Virus record (IMG/VR): IMGVR_UViG_3300022074_005559
Length of the DNA stretch: 64,000 nt
Source: a virus
Lineage: Duplodnaviria; Caudoviricetes
Strand: one strand, 5' to 3'
This document shows, piece by piece, positions 36,316 through 45,849 of this stretch. Both the position numbers and the translations under genes were made by a program. Under the pieces are notes generated by a model, which saw only the letters and a program-made list of their open reading frames with translations, was not told the DNA's origin and did no database searches. Within the stretch, counting starts at the first letter, position 1; each line of letters opens with the position of its first letter.

Positions 36316-36762
36316 ATCTTCAATAGTTTTTATTTTACTAACAATCTCATCAATCTGAAAAGTAGTAAACACGCCTGGATGCAGTGGCTTGGGCCAGGCA
36401 TCTAGTTTACTCCAAGCATAACCTTTATGTTCGTGATTAAGTGTAGGTAAAAACTCTTCTTCTACAACACAAACATATGAACTGTAAGTAAAGTTATTTT
36501 TCTTATTAGTAAACTTTTCTACTGGGATAGTTTTAAGCACAAGAGGCATAAAGCCTATTTCTTCAACTATTTCTCGTTGTAGTGCAGTGTACTCTGTTTC
36601 GCCTTGTTCTGTTTTTCCACCAACAAAAGCCCATGTGCTATCGTGTTTTGCACCATTGCGTAGTACAAACAAGTAACGTTTAGTTGATTTACTGAAGAAT
36701 AATGCTCCAACACTAGCGTTAAATGACGATACTCCAGTCGCCTGCTCGATATTCGCCTTCAT
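36286..36762 (-). CDS. NUDIX hydrolase
   Basis: Nudix box GGKTEQGETEYTALQREIVEEIG. Confidence 0.9.
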   Translation of the reverse strand: MKANIEQATGVSSFNASVGALFFSKSTKRYLFVLRNGAKHDSTWAFVGGKTEQGETEYTALQREIVEEIGFMPLVLKTIPVEKFTNKKNNFTYSSYVCVVEEEFLPTLNHEHKGYAWSKLDAWPKPLHPGVFTTFQIDEIVSKIKTIEDLMCNSTQAC

Positions 36763-38107
36763 AACTCTTAACCCATTCCGTGCCGTTGTACTTGTATTGA
36801 AGTCCTGTATGACTATTTGTCATATAGTGTACACCCTCTTCTGCACTACTGTCAAATGCAACTTGCCAGTTGACACCATTATACTCAATAATATCATTTG
36901 CACCTGCTACTAAATCACCCCATGCATCTGGCCCATCACTGTTATCTGCATCTCCTATTGCGTTAAGAATGAGATATCTTTGCCCAGTTGCTGCTGTTGG
37001 TAAATGTGTGCCCGGACTTGACCTTAATGGGTTTATGATTTTGTTTACTGCACCTATATCATTTGTAGGGATAGTATCTTGTTGTACAGTCCATAAAAGT
37101 TTGTGTGCATCGCTAGGATGAAATGCAATAGTTCCAACAATCTCTGCAGCACCACCTGTCTCTAAACGTATCTGACTAATACCACTTTGCATCTCACCAT
37201 ATTGATTAATAAGAGCTGCCCAACTTACATCGTCGTCTCCTATTTTCGTCGGTGGATCGTTTAGAGGTGTGTAGTCTACTTTATTAGTTGTTGTTTCGTT
37301 ACGATCTAGTATTTGCACTGTATTGCCCAGTACAATAATACCAAAGTTCATAGGAGTAAACTTCATGCGTTCTCCCATTAGTATTTGTCCGTCAATCACC
37401 CCATCGGCAATGCCGCCTTGATCGTCATATATGCTTGCAACAATCTTGTTAATGACACCAAGTTTTTTAACTTTTGCTGGCGCAGTTAAAAAGATTGGCA
37501 CAGTAAACTGTAGTGTTGCAATATCTATTTGTTCATCTACTCCTTGCGGAACACTTCTGCTACTGAACTGCACATTCTGTAGTTCTATGTAACTTAGACT
37601 GGTCCAGTCTAAATAGTTGTCTGTGCTTTGTATTTCCAATGCCGGATTGAAAAGCACTAGTATCTGTTCCATTAGTTGTAGTTTTTGATTTGTATTACTG
37701 GTCCAAACATCTACACTCATTTGCAGTGTATACGGAACAGGCATCATGCGTTCAATAGTAAATGCATTACCTTGCTGTGTGTTATATTCATTTGTGTTTG
37801 GATCAAACTTGCGCATACGGATATGCTTTTTATCAACAAACGTTGGATCCTGTCTGCGCTCTGGATTATATTCTAATCCAGTTATATAACAACTAATCAT
37901 TGGTGTTGGTATAATCTTGTTTTCACTGTTCTCACGAATAATACTGCTTACCATACGAGTACTATCGCCATACTTTACAGGTACTGTAAGCAGTGTAGTA
38001 TTGCCGTCTCTGTCTTTGCCGTATTCTACTTGAAAGTTACTAAATGCTCGTACGAACTGTAATAGAAAACGTCTTATTTGTTCATCGTAAAAAAACTGTT
38101 GCGGCAT
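36719..38107 (-). CDS. gp15: Tail sheath stabilizer/terminator protein with C-terminal extension
   Basis: FFYDEQIRRFLLQFVRAFSNFQV, VPVKYGD, MPVPYTLQMSVDVWT, QLMEQILVLFNP. Confidence 0.8.
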   Translation of the reverse strand: MPQQFFYDEQIRRFLLQFVRAFSNFQVEYGKDRDGNTTLLTVPVKYGDSTRMVSSIIRENSENKIIPTPMISCYITGLEYNPERRQDPTFVDKKHIRMRKFDPNTNEYNTQQGNAFTIERMMPVPYTLQMSVDVWTSNTNQKLQLMEQILVLFNPALEIQSTDNYLDWTSLSYIELQNVQFSSRSVPQGVDEQIDIATLQFTVPIFLTAPAKVKKLGVINKIVASIYDDQGGIADGVIDGQILMGERMKFTPMNFGIIVLGNTVQILDRNETTTNKVDYTPLNDPPTKIGDDDVSWAALINQYGEMQSGISQIRLETGGAAEIVGTIAFHPSDAHKLLWTVQQDTIPTNDIGAVNKIINPLRSSPGTHLPTAATGQRYLILNAIGDADNSDGPDAWGDLVAGANDIIEYNGVNWQVAFDSSAEEGVHYMTNSHTGLQYKYNGTEWVKSYEGEYRAGDWSIVI

Positions 38108-39288
38108 TAGTCTTCCCTAGGTTTCAGTGCGTCACTAAGCGACTGTCTACTATTAGCAGTAGTATTATCATCTGCTGTAAACGTGCTAGTGTTGTTGATA
38201 AATCCGTCTCTTAGTGTGTTGCCTGTTCCTGGTGTCATTCCTGAACGTACATCATCTTCTACTTTAATCCAACGAGATCCACTGTATCTAAATAGTCTGT
38301 TTGGTAAAAAGTCTACACGAAGTACAAAATCACCTTCTTGTGAATTGCTAGGAAAACTAGTGCCCATACTAATCGGTTCGCCATTAGGAGCAAGCCCATC
38401 GCCTATGAGATACCCGCTGTAAGCACTACTGTTTTGCGGAGTAATACGTCTAGAATCTGCACTTGAATCAATATTATCAGCATTCATATCAGAGTCATCT
38501 GCATTAACACCCTTGGGTTCTAATGGTCTACCAGTTACTGGATCTGTAGGAACTATATAGTATTGGCTCGTGTCATATCCACTTTCTGGAACTTCTGCTT
38601 CTGCTGCTTGTACTACTTTGTTAGAAATATCAAGTTCTTTTTGGTATGTACTCAGCAAGTCTCTCAGCGAAGTTTCAGTTACATCACCGTCACTGTTTTC
38701 TTGCATTATATTAAGAATATCGTTGTATTCTTGTGCGTCTGTTAGTGGTGTACACTTAACACGCCATAGATGACTCCACCAACTTGGTGAAAATCCTTCA
38801 CTAGGACGACTGCCTTCTTGTACTACATAGTAGCGTTTGAGACTAAGTTCTACACTTTCATCCAATGCGCTAAAGTCTGTAAGGTGTGGCAATTCAATAA
38901 CATCGCCTGCCATAAGTTTGCGACCCAAGTTGTTTAGCATGTCATTCTCATGGAATGTAATAAACAATGTATCGTTCGCTAAGAACAAACCAAACTGGCT
39001 AAGATCAAAATCAGTGTCGCTTACACTGTATATGCCACGCAAACTGTAAATATCTTGGTCATAAATTCTGTCTCTATTTTCTAAAAATAGAAAATCTTGT
39101 ATTCCGAGTGGATCTGGTTCTTGATAGTTAGGCTGACTTGGGTCATTACCACCTTGGCTTGCTACGCCAAGATACTTATGTACATTGATTCCTGTGCCAC
39201 CTATTGTGAACATTTCTTTCATACGACGGTCAAAGAACCTGTAATCGTTGGTATGTGCGCCGTCTTTCCATAAACTTATTCTTGGCAA
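38107..39288 (-). CDS. gp14: Neck protein
   Basis: FLFLENRDRIYD, DFDLSQFGLFL, GRKLMAGDVIELPH, WWSHLWRVKC; TTG start with GGAG; TAAATA (-) at 39312-39317. Confidence 0.75.
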   Translation of the reverse strand: MPRISLWKDGAHTNDYRFFDRRMKEMFTIGGTGINVHKYLGVASQGGNDPSQPNYQEPDPLGIQDFLFLENRDRIYDQDIYSLRGIYSVSDTDFDLSQFGLFLANDTLFITFHENDMLNNLGRKLMAGDVIELPHLTDFSALDESVELSLKRYYVVQEGSRPSEGFSPSWWSHLWRVKCTPLTDAQEYNDILNIMQENSDGDVTETSLRDLLSTYQKELDISNKVVQAAEAEVPESGYDTSQYYIVPTDPVTGRPLEPKGVNADDSDMNADNIDSSADSRRITPQNSSAYSGYLIGDGLAPNGEPISMGTSFPSNSQEGDFVLRVDFLPNRLFRYSGSRWIKVEDDVRSGMTPGTGNTLRDGFINNTSTFTADDNTTANSRQSLSDALKPRED

Positions 39289-39332
39289 AGTAGTAACTCC
39301 ATCTGGTAATGTATTTATCTAGCAAAAAAAGG

Positions 39333-39360
39333 TTGACAGTGTAGTAGATTATGTTACTAT
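39333..39360 (+). promoter_or_regulatory. sigma70-like promoter with extended -10
   Basis: TTGACA, 16-nt spacer, TG-n-TACTAT; A-tract upstream. Confidence 0.6.
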
Positions 39361-39394
39361 GTATAGTAAGTTGAAGTTGAGGAGAGATAACATT

Positions 39395-39610
39395 ATGGTT
39401 AGTAACGCAAAATTTAAAGACTTCGTTGTAGCACTTAGCGCAGAAGATCAGCAAACAGTTGTTGATAGACAGTTGCGTTTGCTTCCTGCGTTTATAATGC
39501 AAGAAGTTGCTACTACTAATAACGCTAAAGTTATTCGTAAGTTAGAGAGCCGTTTGAAGCAGGTTCGCTTAATGTTGTCCTCTATTGTTGCTAACGGCAA
39601 GGTTGTATAA
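39395..39610 (+). CDS. Small hypothetical protein (71 aa)
   Basis: GAGGAG SD precedes ATG 39395 (MVSNAKFKDF...). Confidence 0.65.
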   Translation: MVSNAKFKDFVVALSAEDQQTVVDRQLRLLPAFIMQEVATTNNAKVIRKLESRLKQVRLMLSSIVANGKVV

Positions 39611-39613
39611 AGT

Positions 39614-39793
39614 ATGAACGAAATCCTAAACGATATTGAAGACTTGGAAGCAGTTGTAGACGCAGCTAAAAACGGTTGCGGTACTATTAGAACTGTGCAA
39701 ATGTTAGATAAACTTATTCAAGATAAAAAACTTGAGGTAAGTAAGTTCGAAGAATATATGTTAAAGGAGGTCAATACCGGTGGCAGTTCGTAA
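39614..39793 (+). CDS. Small hypothetical protein (59 aa), below the ORF-track cutoff
   Basis: Hand-translated as MNEILNDIEDLEAVVDAAKNGCGTIRTVQMLDKLIQDKKLEVSKFEEYMLKEVNTGGSS; it fills the gap between its neighbours. Confidence 0.6.
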   Translation: MNEILNDIEDLEAVVDAAKNGCGTIRTVQMLDKLIQDKKLEVSKFEEYMLKEVNTGGSS

Positions 39794-40985
39794 GAAAAAA
39801 AGAGCACCAGCAAGACGTAAGACTGGGGTAGGTGTAAGTTTAGATTGGGCCGATAGTCTAAATCTTGCAGGAAACGTATATCATAGTAAACAACGTGCAG
39901 CACAGGATGCATTGTACTTTGAAGCAAAAGCATCTGAACTTGTTCCATTTTTATTCACTTGGATGAAGAAGAATGATTACACTGCTGATGATATAAAATG
40001 TGCAAAAGCTGCACCTAGTACAAACGTTGTACCTTGTATAGTAGCAAAACTATTGTTGGATGGCATGCCTGACTTTCATCCACAGCATGCAGAATATTGG
40101 GAAAGTCTAGCAGGCACTTCAGGTACACTAAAACCTAAAACGGAATATCTAAAAAAATACATTGCAGATGCTATTGCCCGAGGTAAGCCGTTTATTGATG
40201 CTAAAAAGGAAGAAGAAAAAGCCGCTCAGGTTGAAAAGCGTGTGGTGAGTATTCAGGATCGTATCCGAATGGCAAGTGATGTTATCATTTGTGATCTTGA
40301 AGAAGTTGTTGATACGTTTCATGCAGATATTTCCAAGTCCAAAAAGTTTGATGCTGTAAAGTTCTTTCGAGGCAAGCAAGTTAATCAAGCACACTGTAAA
40401 CATATTCGTAACTATTATGCACCTCAACTTGCAGAGTACAATGAACTTACATTGCCTGTGCGTGAGCAAGACGAAGACCTGCGTGAAGGTTATGCACACC
40501 TCAGTAAAACAGATGTAAAGAAGGCTGTTGAACTGTTTAATAGTATTGTTGGTGCTTGTGATCTGATCGAAGCAGAAAGCAAAGCAACTCGCAAGACAAG
40601 AACACCTAAGCCTAAGAGTGCTGACAAGTTGGTTGCAAAAATGAAGTATTGTAAAACCGACGAAAAGTATAAAGTAGCCAGCATTAATCCTATAGATATC
40701 GTCGATGCTACAGAAGTTTGGGTGTTTAACATTAAGACACGCAAGATTGGCAAGTATGTTGCAGAAGATCACGCTACTCTTAGTGTCAAAGGCACTACAC
40801 TACAGTTCTTCAATCCAAGACAAAGTGTTGCAAAGACACTGCGCAAGCCTGAGGAACAACTTAGAGAGTTTAACAAAGCAGGCAAGGTAGCATTACGCAA
40901 ATACATGGACAACATTAATGCTGTAGAAACACAGATGAATGGACGCATCAATGCCGACACTGTGATTCTTAAAGCGATAAAGTAA
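39780..40985 (+). CDS. Hypothetical protein (401 aa), basic N- and C-terminal regions
   Basis: GTG start with AAGGAGG SD; C-terminus VWVFNIKTRKIGKY...LSVKGTTL...KTLRKPEEQL. Confidence 0.7.
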   Translation: MAVRKKKRAPARRKTGVGVSLDWADSLNLAGNVYHSKQRAAQDALYFEAKASELVPFLFTWMKKNDYTADDIKCAKAAPSTNVVPCIVAKLLLDGMPDFHPQHAEYWESLAGTSGTLKPKTEYLKKYIADAIARGKPFIDAKKEEEKAAQVEKRVVSIQDRIRMASDVIICDLEEVVDTFHADISKSKKFDAVKFFRGKQVNQAHCKHIRNYYAPQLAEYNELTLPVREQDEDLREGYAHLSKTDVKKAVELFNSIVGACDLIEAESKATRKTRTPKPKSADKLVAKMKYCKTDEKYKVASINPIDIVDATEVWVFNIKTRKIGKYVAEDHATLSVKGTTLQFFNPRQSVAKTLRKPEEQLREFNKAGKVALRKYMDNINAVETQMNGRINADTVILKAIK

Positions 40986-41013
40986 TAAATAGTGTATACG
41001 CAAAGGATACACT

Positions 41014-41769
41014 ATGGCAACACTAGCATCATTAAGAGCAGATACAGTAGACTATATTCGCTTTCGTCTCGGCGATGGAATGGTGGATGTTGAGCTTGAT
41101 CCAGAACACTATGATAATGTTATTGATAAGTCAGTAAAACGTTTTCGTCAGCGCAGTCAAAATGCATATGAAAGTTCGTATGTATTTTTAAGTGTAGTGA
41201 AAGAACAACAAGAGTACACACTTCCTGACGAGATTGAAGAAGTGCGTCAAGTGTTCAGGCGAGGTGTTGGTAGTGGTAGTAACACAGGCAGTACACAGTT
41301 TGAGCCATATGAAGCGGCGTTCCAAAACACTTATTTGTTGCAAAGTGGACGTATTGGCGGTATGGCAACATATGAAATGTACTATCAGTATCAAGAACTA
41401 AGCGCAAGATTGTTTGGCGGCTTTGTAAACTTTGAGTTTAATCCCGTAACTAAAAAGGTAACCTTACTGCGCAAGTTCAGTGCAAGTGGCGAACAAGTTG
41501 TACTATGGACATACAATCTACGCCCTGAATCTAGACTACTTCAAGACAGACACGCTGGTCCATGGATACAAGATTATGCACTAGCTCTAGCAAAGTACAC
41601 ACTAGGCGAAGCACGTTCAAAGTTTAGTACTATCGCCGGACCACAAGGCGGTACAAGTCTCAACGGTGATGCACTTAAAGCAGAAGCACAAGTTGAAATA
41701 GACAAACTCGATGAAGAACTACGCAACTATGTTGACGGTAGTGATCCACTCTCATTTATTATAGGTTGA
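41014..41769 (+). CDS. gp13: Neck protein
   Basis: RLGDGMVDVELDPEHY, WIQDYALALAKYTLGEARSKF, GPQGGTSLNG; TAAATA at 40986-40991. Confidence 0.85.
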   Translation: MATLASLRADTVDYIRFRLGDGMVDVELDPEHYDNVIDKSVKRFRQRSQNAYESSYVFLSVVKEQQEYTLPDEIEEVRQVFRRGVGSGSNTGSTQFEPYEAAFQNTYLLQSGRIGGMATYEMYYQYQELSARLFGGFVNFEFNPVTKKVTLLRKFSASGEQVVLWTYNLRPESRLLQDRHAGPWIQDYALALAKYTLGEARSKFSTIAGPQGGTSLNGDALKAEAQVEIDKLDEELRNYVDGSDPLSFIIG

Positions 41770-41794
41770 CAACTAACTCCTAAAGTGCTATACT
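41766..41794 (+). promoter_or_regulatory. sigma70-like promoter
   Basis: TTGACA, 17-nt spacer, TATACT. Confidence 0.7.
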
Positions 41795-41821
41795 GTAAGC
41801 ACAGTTAAAGGAGTTCTTATC

Positions 41822-42103
41822 TTGAGTAAAAACATCGATTACAAATACAATGAAGGTGAACTTATTGCAGAGTTCAAAGACTATATTGATGCAACCTATG
41901 GCGAACACTACAGTCTAAACAAATATCAAGCAACAGAGTTTATCATTGATGCAGGTCATGGAGATGGCTTTTGTATTGGTAATGTAATGAAGTATGCTCA
42001 ACGTTACGGCAAGAAAGATGGACACAATCGCAAAGACTTAATGAAAGTTTTGCATTACGCATTGATTGAACTGTATGTACATGACCTTAATCGTCGGGGG
42101 TAA
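41822..42103 (+). CDS. DUF3310-like protein
   Basis: YIDATYGEHY...GFCIGNVMKYAQRYGKKDG...DLMKVLHY; TTG start with AAGGAG. Confidence 0.7.
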   Translation: MSKNIDYKYNEGELIAEFKDYIDATYGEHYSLNKYQATEFIIDAGHGDGFCIGNVMKYAQRYGKKDGHNRKDLMKVLHYALIELYVHDLNRRG

Positions 42104-42416
42104 GATCTCCTCTGCTCCATCCTGTCTTAACTAGTTCAGCATTACAGTTTAGACATACCGTTTTTAAGTTTCTACTATAAACATTATTTAGGTCACCGTC
42201 AATATAGAACACAGTGACCTGGCTTCTTATTGTAGGTTTAAATCCACACGCCTCACACTTTCTCTTTACTTTATAGCCGCTGTCTACCCATAATGGTTTT
42301 ACAGGCTTGTGTAGTTTTAGACACTGCTCGCACTTGCGTCTATAATAAACCTTATCGCCTTTTCGGTAGTTTACTGCTTTTGGACGTTGTCCACATTTCT
42401 CGCAAACCGGTCTCAT
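42087..42416 (-). CDS. Zn-finger / degenerate HNH-like protein
   Basis: CxxC motifs (CEKC, CEQC, CEAC, CLNC) and FYIDGDLNN...NLKTVCLNC; start reassigned to ATG 42416. Confidence 0.6.
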   Translation of the reverse strand: MRPVCEKCGQRPKAVNYRKGDKVYYRRKCEQCLKLHKPVKPLWVDSGYKVKRKCEACGFKPTIRSQVTVFYIDGDLNNVYSRNLKTVCLNCNAELVKTGWSRGDLTPDD

Positions 42417-42479
42417 ACATGTATTTAACACGGACCTTTAAAGGGATTCGTCAAAATAGGTGTTTTTTGCCCTGGATCA

Positions 42480-42487
42480 TATAAATA
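42480..42487 (+). promoter_or_regulatory. T4-type late promoter for gp18
   Basis: Exact TATAAATA. Confidence 0.7.
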
Positions 42488-42527
42488 TATGTATAAAAAA
42501 ATCTTGTGAGAGATAAGGAACAAAAAC

Positions 42528-45500
42528 ATGGCACTAATATCACCAGGAGTAGAAGTTACCGTTGTTGACGAAAGTAACTACACACCTTCAGCAGCCGGCA
42601 CAGTAGCAGCGATTGTTATTGCAACGGCACAAGATAAAACAAGTGGTACTGGCACAGGCACAGCAGTTGGAACAACCGCTGCAAATGCTGGCGAGACATA
42701 CTTGATCGGAAGCCAAAGAGAGCTAACTGCTACTTTTGGTAATCCAACTTTTTACAATACATCAGCTGGCACACCTATTAACGGTTATGAACTTAACGAA
42801 TATGGTTTGATGGCAGCTTATAGTTTGCTAGGAGTAAGCAACCGCGCATACGTCCTTAGAGCAGACATTGACCTTAGTGAACTTGTAAGCAGTACAAGTC
42901 GTCCACTAGGTCAACCTACTAACAATACAGTATGGTGGGACATCAGCGCAGATACACGTTGGGGTATATTTGAATGGAATAAATCAACAGGCGCATTTAC
43001 AAATAAAGTTCCAACAGTTATTACAAGTACAACAGATTTAACAGGCGGCGTTCCAAAGACCTCAATCGGTGCTATTGGTGATTATGCATTGGTTGCAACC
43101 AACGCTAACAATCCTGTTTATTATAAGAACAGAGACAATGCATGGGTACTAGTAGGCAGTAGCAGTTGGCAAACAAGCCATGCAACTATTGCAGGCACAG
43201 TAGCAAGCCCATTGTTTACAAACGGTAACAGCATTACCATTAACGGTACAACAGTTACACTCACAGGAACAACTGTAGCACAACTTGCAACAAGTATTAA
43301 TAATGCTAGTATTACAGGTGTAACAGCAGCGGCTAAGAGTAATAAGATTGAAATCTATGCTACAAGTTCAGCAGTAGGCGTAGACAGTGTTGCAGATGGT
43401 AAGATTGTACTAGCAAATGCTTCAGGCACAATCCTATCAGATGCCGGACTTACAGCAGGTACATATGCTGCTCCAGTTATCCAGCAGAGCGCACACTATA
43501 CAGTGCCAACTTGGAAAACAACAGATACTGTTCCACGTCCAACAGGAAGTGTGTGGGTCAAAACAACTGCAAGTAACTTAGGTTTCTTAGCAGACGTAAG
43601 TTCATACTCAACTGCAAACACTGCTTTTGCTAGCAAGAGTGCACCAGCGTATGAAAATGATCAAACTGCACTTAAGAACTTGGACACAACTGGCGGTAAA
43701 AACATTGCTGCAGGTAGTTACTATATCCAGTACGATGCAACTGAAAACGATACTGTAACCTACAAACTATTCCAACGTTACAGCAGTGGCGAACTAGAAG
43801 TTACTGGCACAGTTGACAGTGCTAATCCACTTACAGCAAGTGAAGAGTTTACTATCCAAGCAAGTGTTGCAAACAGTACATCACTTTCGACAGCAGTAAC
43901 AGTAATACTAAGCGGCACAAGCCTAGCAGATATGGCAAGTGATATTAACGGTGCTAATGTTGCTAACGTAAGTGCAAGTGTTAACAGTGCAGGCAACTTG
44001 GTTATTAAACACTCACTAGGTGGGTTGATTGTAGCAAAAGATACAAGTGGTACTCCACTAGCAGATGCAGGCATTAGCACAGGCATTACAACTGGACAGG
44101 TTCGTGCAGGCAACAACAGTGATTTGATTCTAAGTAACTGGATTGCTCCAACTTATACAGCAGCTACAAGTGCTCCTAGTGCAAATCCAGTAGATGGTAC
44201 ACATTGGTATCACGGTGGATTTGAAGCAGACATCCTAGTACACGATGGTACAACTTGGAGAGGCTATCAAAACATCACAGATGCAAGAGGATATGCACTA
44301 GCAAACACAAGTCCAAATGGTGTACTCTATAGCACAGCAGAACCAACACAGCAAAGTGATGAAACTGCACTAGTTGAAGGTGACCTTTGGATTGATACAA
44401 GTGACCTTGAGAACTATCCAGCACTTTACAGATATCAAACTGTAAGCGGAGAAACACAATGGGTTGCTATTGATAAGACAGACAGCACAACTGAAAACGG
44501 TATTATCTTTGGAGATGCTCGTTTTATTGGCGATAACAGTACAGACGTAATCACAGGAACTATTGCAACAACTAAGACACTACTTAGTAGCGATTACTTA
44601 GATGTTGATCGTCCAGATCCAACTGTTTATCCGCGTGGTATGTTGCTATTCAACACACGTCGCAGTACTTACGGTGTGAAGAAGTTTAGAAGCAACTACT
44701 TCTCACGCACAAACTTTAGTGATACAACTGTATATCCAACACTTCCAACAGAGAAGGATGCATGGGTTTCAGAAAGTGGCAGTCAGTTTGGACGTAAAGC
44801 GGTGCGCGAAGTTGTTGTAAATGCAATGAAGAGTTCATTGGATGCAAGCACAGAGTTGCGTGAAGATGCAAGAACATTTAATGTTATTGCAGCTCCAGGG
44901 TATCCAGAGCTAATCAGCAACATGGTAGGTTTGAACAACGATAGACGTCAAACAGCATTTGTAGTAGGTGACAGTCCAATGAGACTAGCAGCTACACCAA
45001 CTGCTATTGAAAACTGGGCTACTAACACAGCAGCGGCTGCAGATAACAACGAAGATGGGCTAGTTACTAGTGATCCGCATTTGGCTGTTTTCTATCCAAG
45101 CGCAAGCACAAATGACCTAAGTGGCAACAGTATTGTTGTTCCTGCAAGTCATGCAATGCTAAGAACTATTGCAAGAAGCGATGATATTAGTTTCCCATGG
45201 TTTGCACCAGCTGGCGTAAGACGTGGACTAGTAGATAACATTGCAAGCCTAGGCTATATTAATGGTATAACAGGACAGTTTGTTGTAGACAACATCCGTG
45301 AAGCAGTAAGAGATACACTGTACTCAAACAGAGTTAATCCTATTGCATTCTTCAACGGTAGTGGGATTCTTAACTACGGTAACAAGACTCGTGCTCCAAG
45401 CACAAGTGCATTGGACCGTATTAACGTATCACGTTTAACAGGATACCTAAGACGTCAACTACAAACTATTGCAACTGGCTTTGTATTTGAACCAAACGAT

Positions 45501-45755
45501 AAACTAACAAGAGATGAAATCAAACAACAGGTTGAACAAACTCTTAACGATTTGGTTGCAAAGCGCGGTATTTACGATTACTTGGTAGTGTGTGATGAAA
45601 CAAACAACACTAGTGAAAGAATCGACCGCAACGAGTTGTATGTAGACGTTGCTATTGAACCTACAAAGGCTGCGGAGTTTATCTTTATTCCGATCAGACT
45701 TAAGAACACAGGTGAGATTGCAAGCGGTAACGTAGCGGCTGCAAGCACAGTATAA
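42528..45755 (+). CDS. gp18: Tail sheath protein (enlarged)
   Basis: MALISPGVEVTVVDES, WFAPAGVRRG, LYSNRVNPI, ALDRINVSRL, FVFEPND, PTKAAEFIFIPI. Confidence 0.95.
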   Translation: MALISPGVEVTVVDESNYTPSAAGTVAAIVIATAQDKTSGTGTGTAVGTTAANAGETYLIGSQRELTATFGNPTFYNTSAGTPINGYELNEYGLMAAYSLLGVSNRAYVLRADIDLSELVSSTSRPLGQPTNNTVWWDISADTRWGIFEWNKSTGAFTNKVPTVITSTTDLTGGVPKTSIGAIGDYALVATNANNPVYYKNRDNAWVLVGSSSWQTSHATIAGTVASPLFTNGNSITINGTTVTLTGTTVAQLATSINNASITGVTAAAKSNKIEIYATSSAVGVDSVADGKIVLANASGTILSDAGLTAGTYAAPVIQQSAHYTVPTWKTTDTVPRPTGSVWVKTTASNLGFLADVSSYSTANTAFASKSAPAYENDQTALKNLDTTGGKNIAAGSYYIQYDATENDTVTYKLFQRYSSGELEVTGTVDSANPLTASEEFTIQASVANSTSLSTAVTVILSGTSLADMASDINGANVANVSASVNSAGNLVIKHSLGGLIVAKDTSGTPLADAGISTGITTGQVRAGNNSDLILSNWIAPTYTAATSAPSANPVDGTHWYHGGFEADILVHDGTTWRGYQNITDARGYALANTSPNGVLYSTAEPTQQSDETALVEGDLWIDTSDLENYPALYRYQTVSGETQWVAIDKTDSTTENGIIFGDARFIGDNSTDVITGTIATTKTLLSSDYLDVDRPDPTVYPRGMLLFNTRRSTYGVKKFRSNYFSRTNFSDTTVYPTLPTEKDAWVSESGSQFGRKAVREVVVNAMKSSLDASTELREDARTFNVIAAPGYPELISNMVGLNNDRRQTAFVVGDSPMRLAATPTAIENWATNTAAAADNNEDGLVTSDPHLAVFYPSASTNDLSGNSIVVPASHAMLRTIARSDDISFPWFAPAGVRRGLVDNIASLGYINGITGQFVVDNIREAVRDTLYSNRVNPIAFFNGSGILNYGNKTRAPSTSALDRINVSRLTGYLRRQLQTIATGFVFEPNDKLTRDEIKQQVEQTLNDLVAKRGIYDYLVVCDETNNTSERIDRNELYVDVAIEPTKAAEFIFIPIRLKNTGEIASGNVAAASTV

Positions 45756-45771
45756 TAAAAATAAGAAAAAT

Positions 45772-45800
45772 ATGGGGGGTTGAGATACCCCCCATTTTTT
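45772..45800 (+). terminator. Intrinsic terminator after gp18
   Basis: ATGGGGGGT-tgagat-ACCCCCCAT followed by a T-run. Confidence 0.85.
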
Positions 45801-45849
45801 ATGACTGGAAACAGATAAATACTTTTATATTAAATAGGAGCGAAACGAA

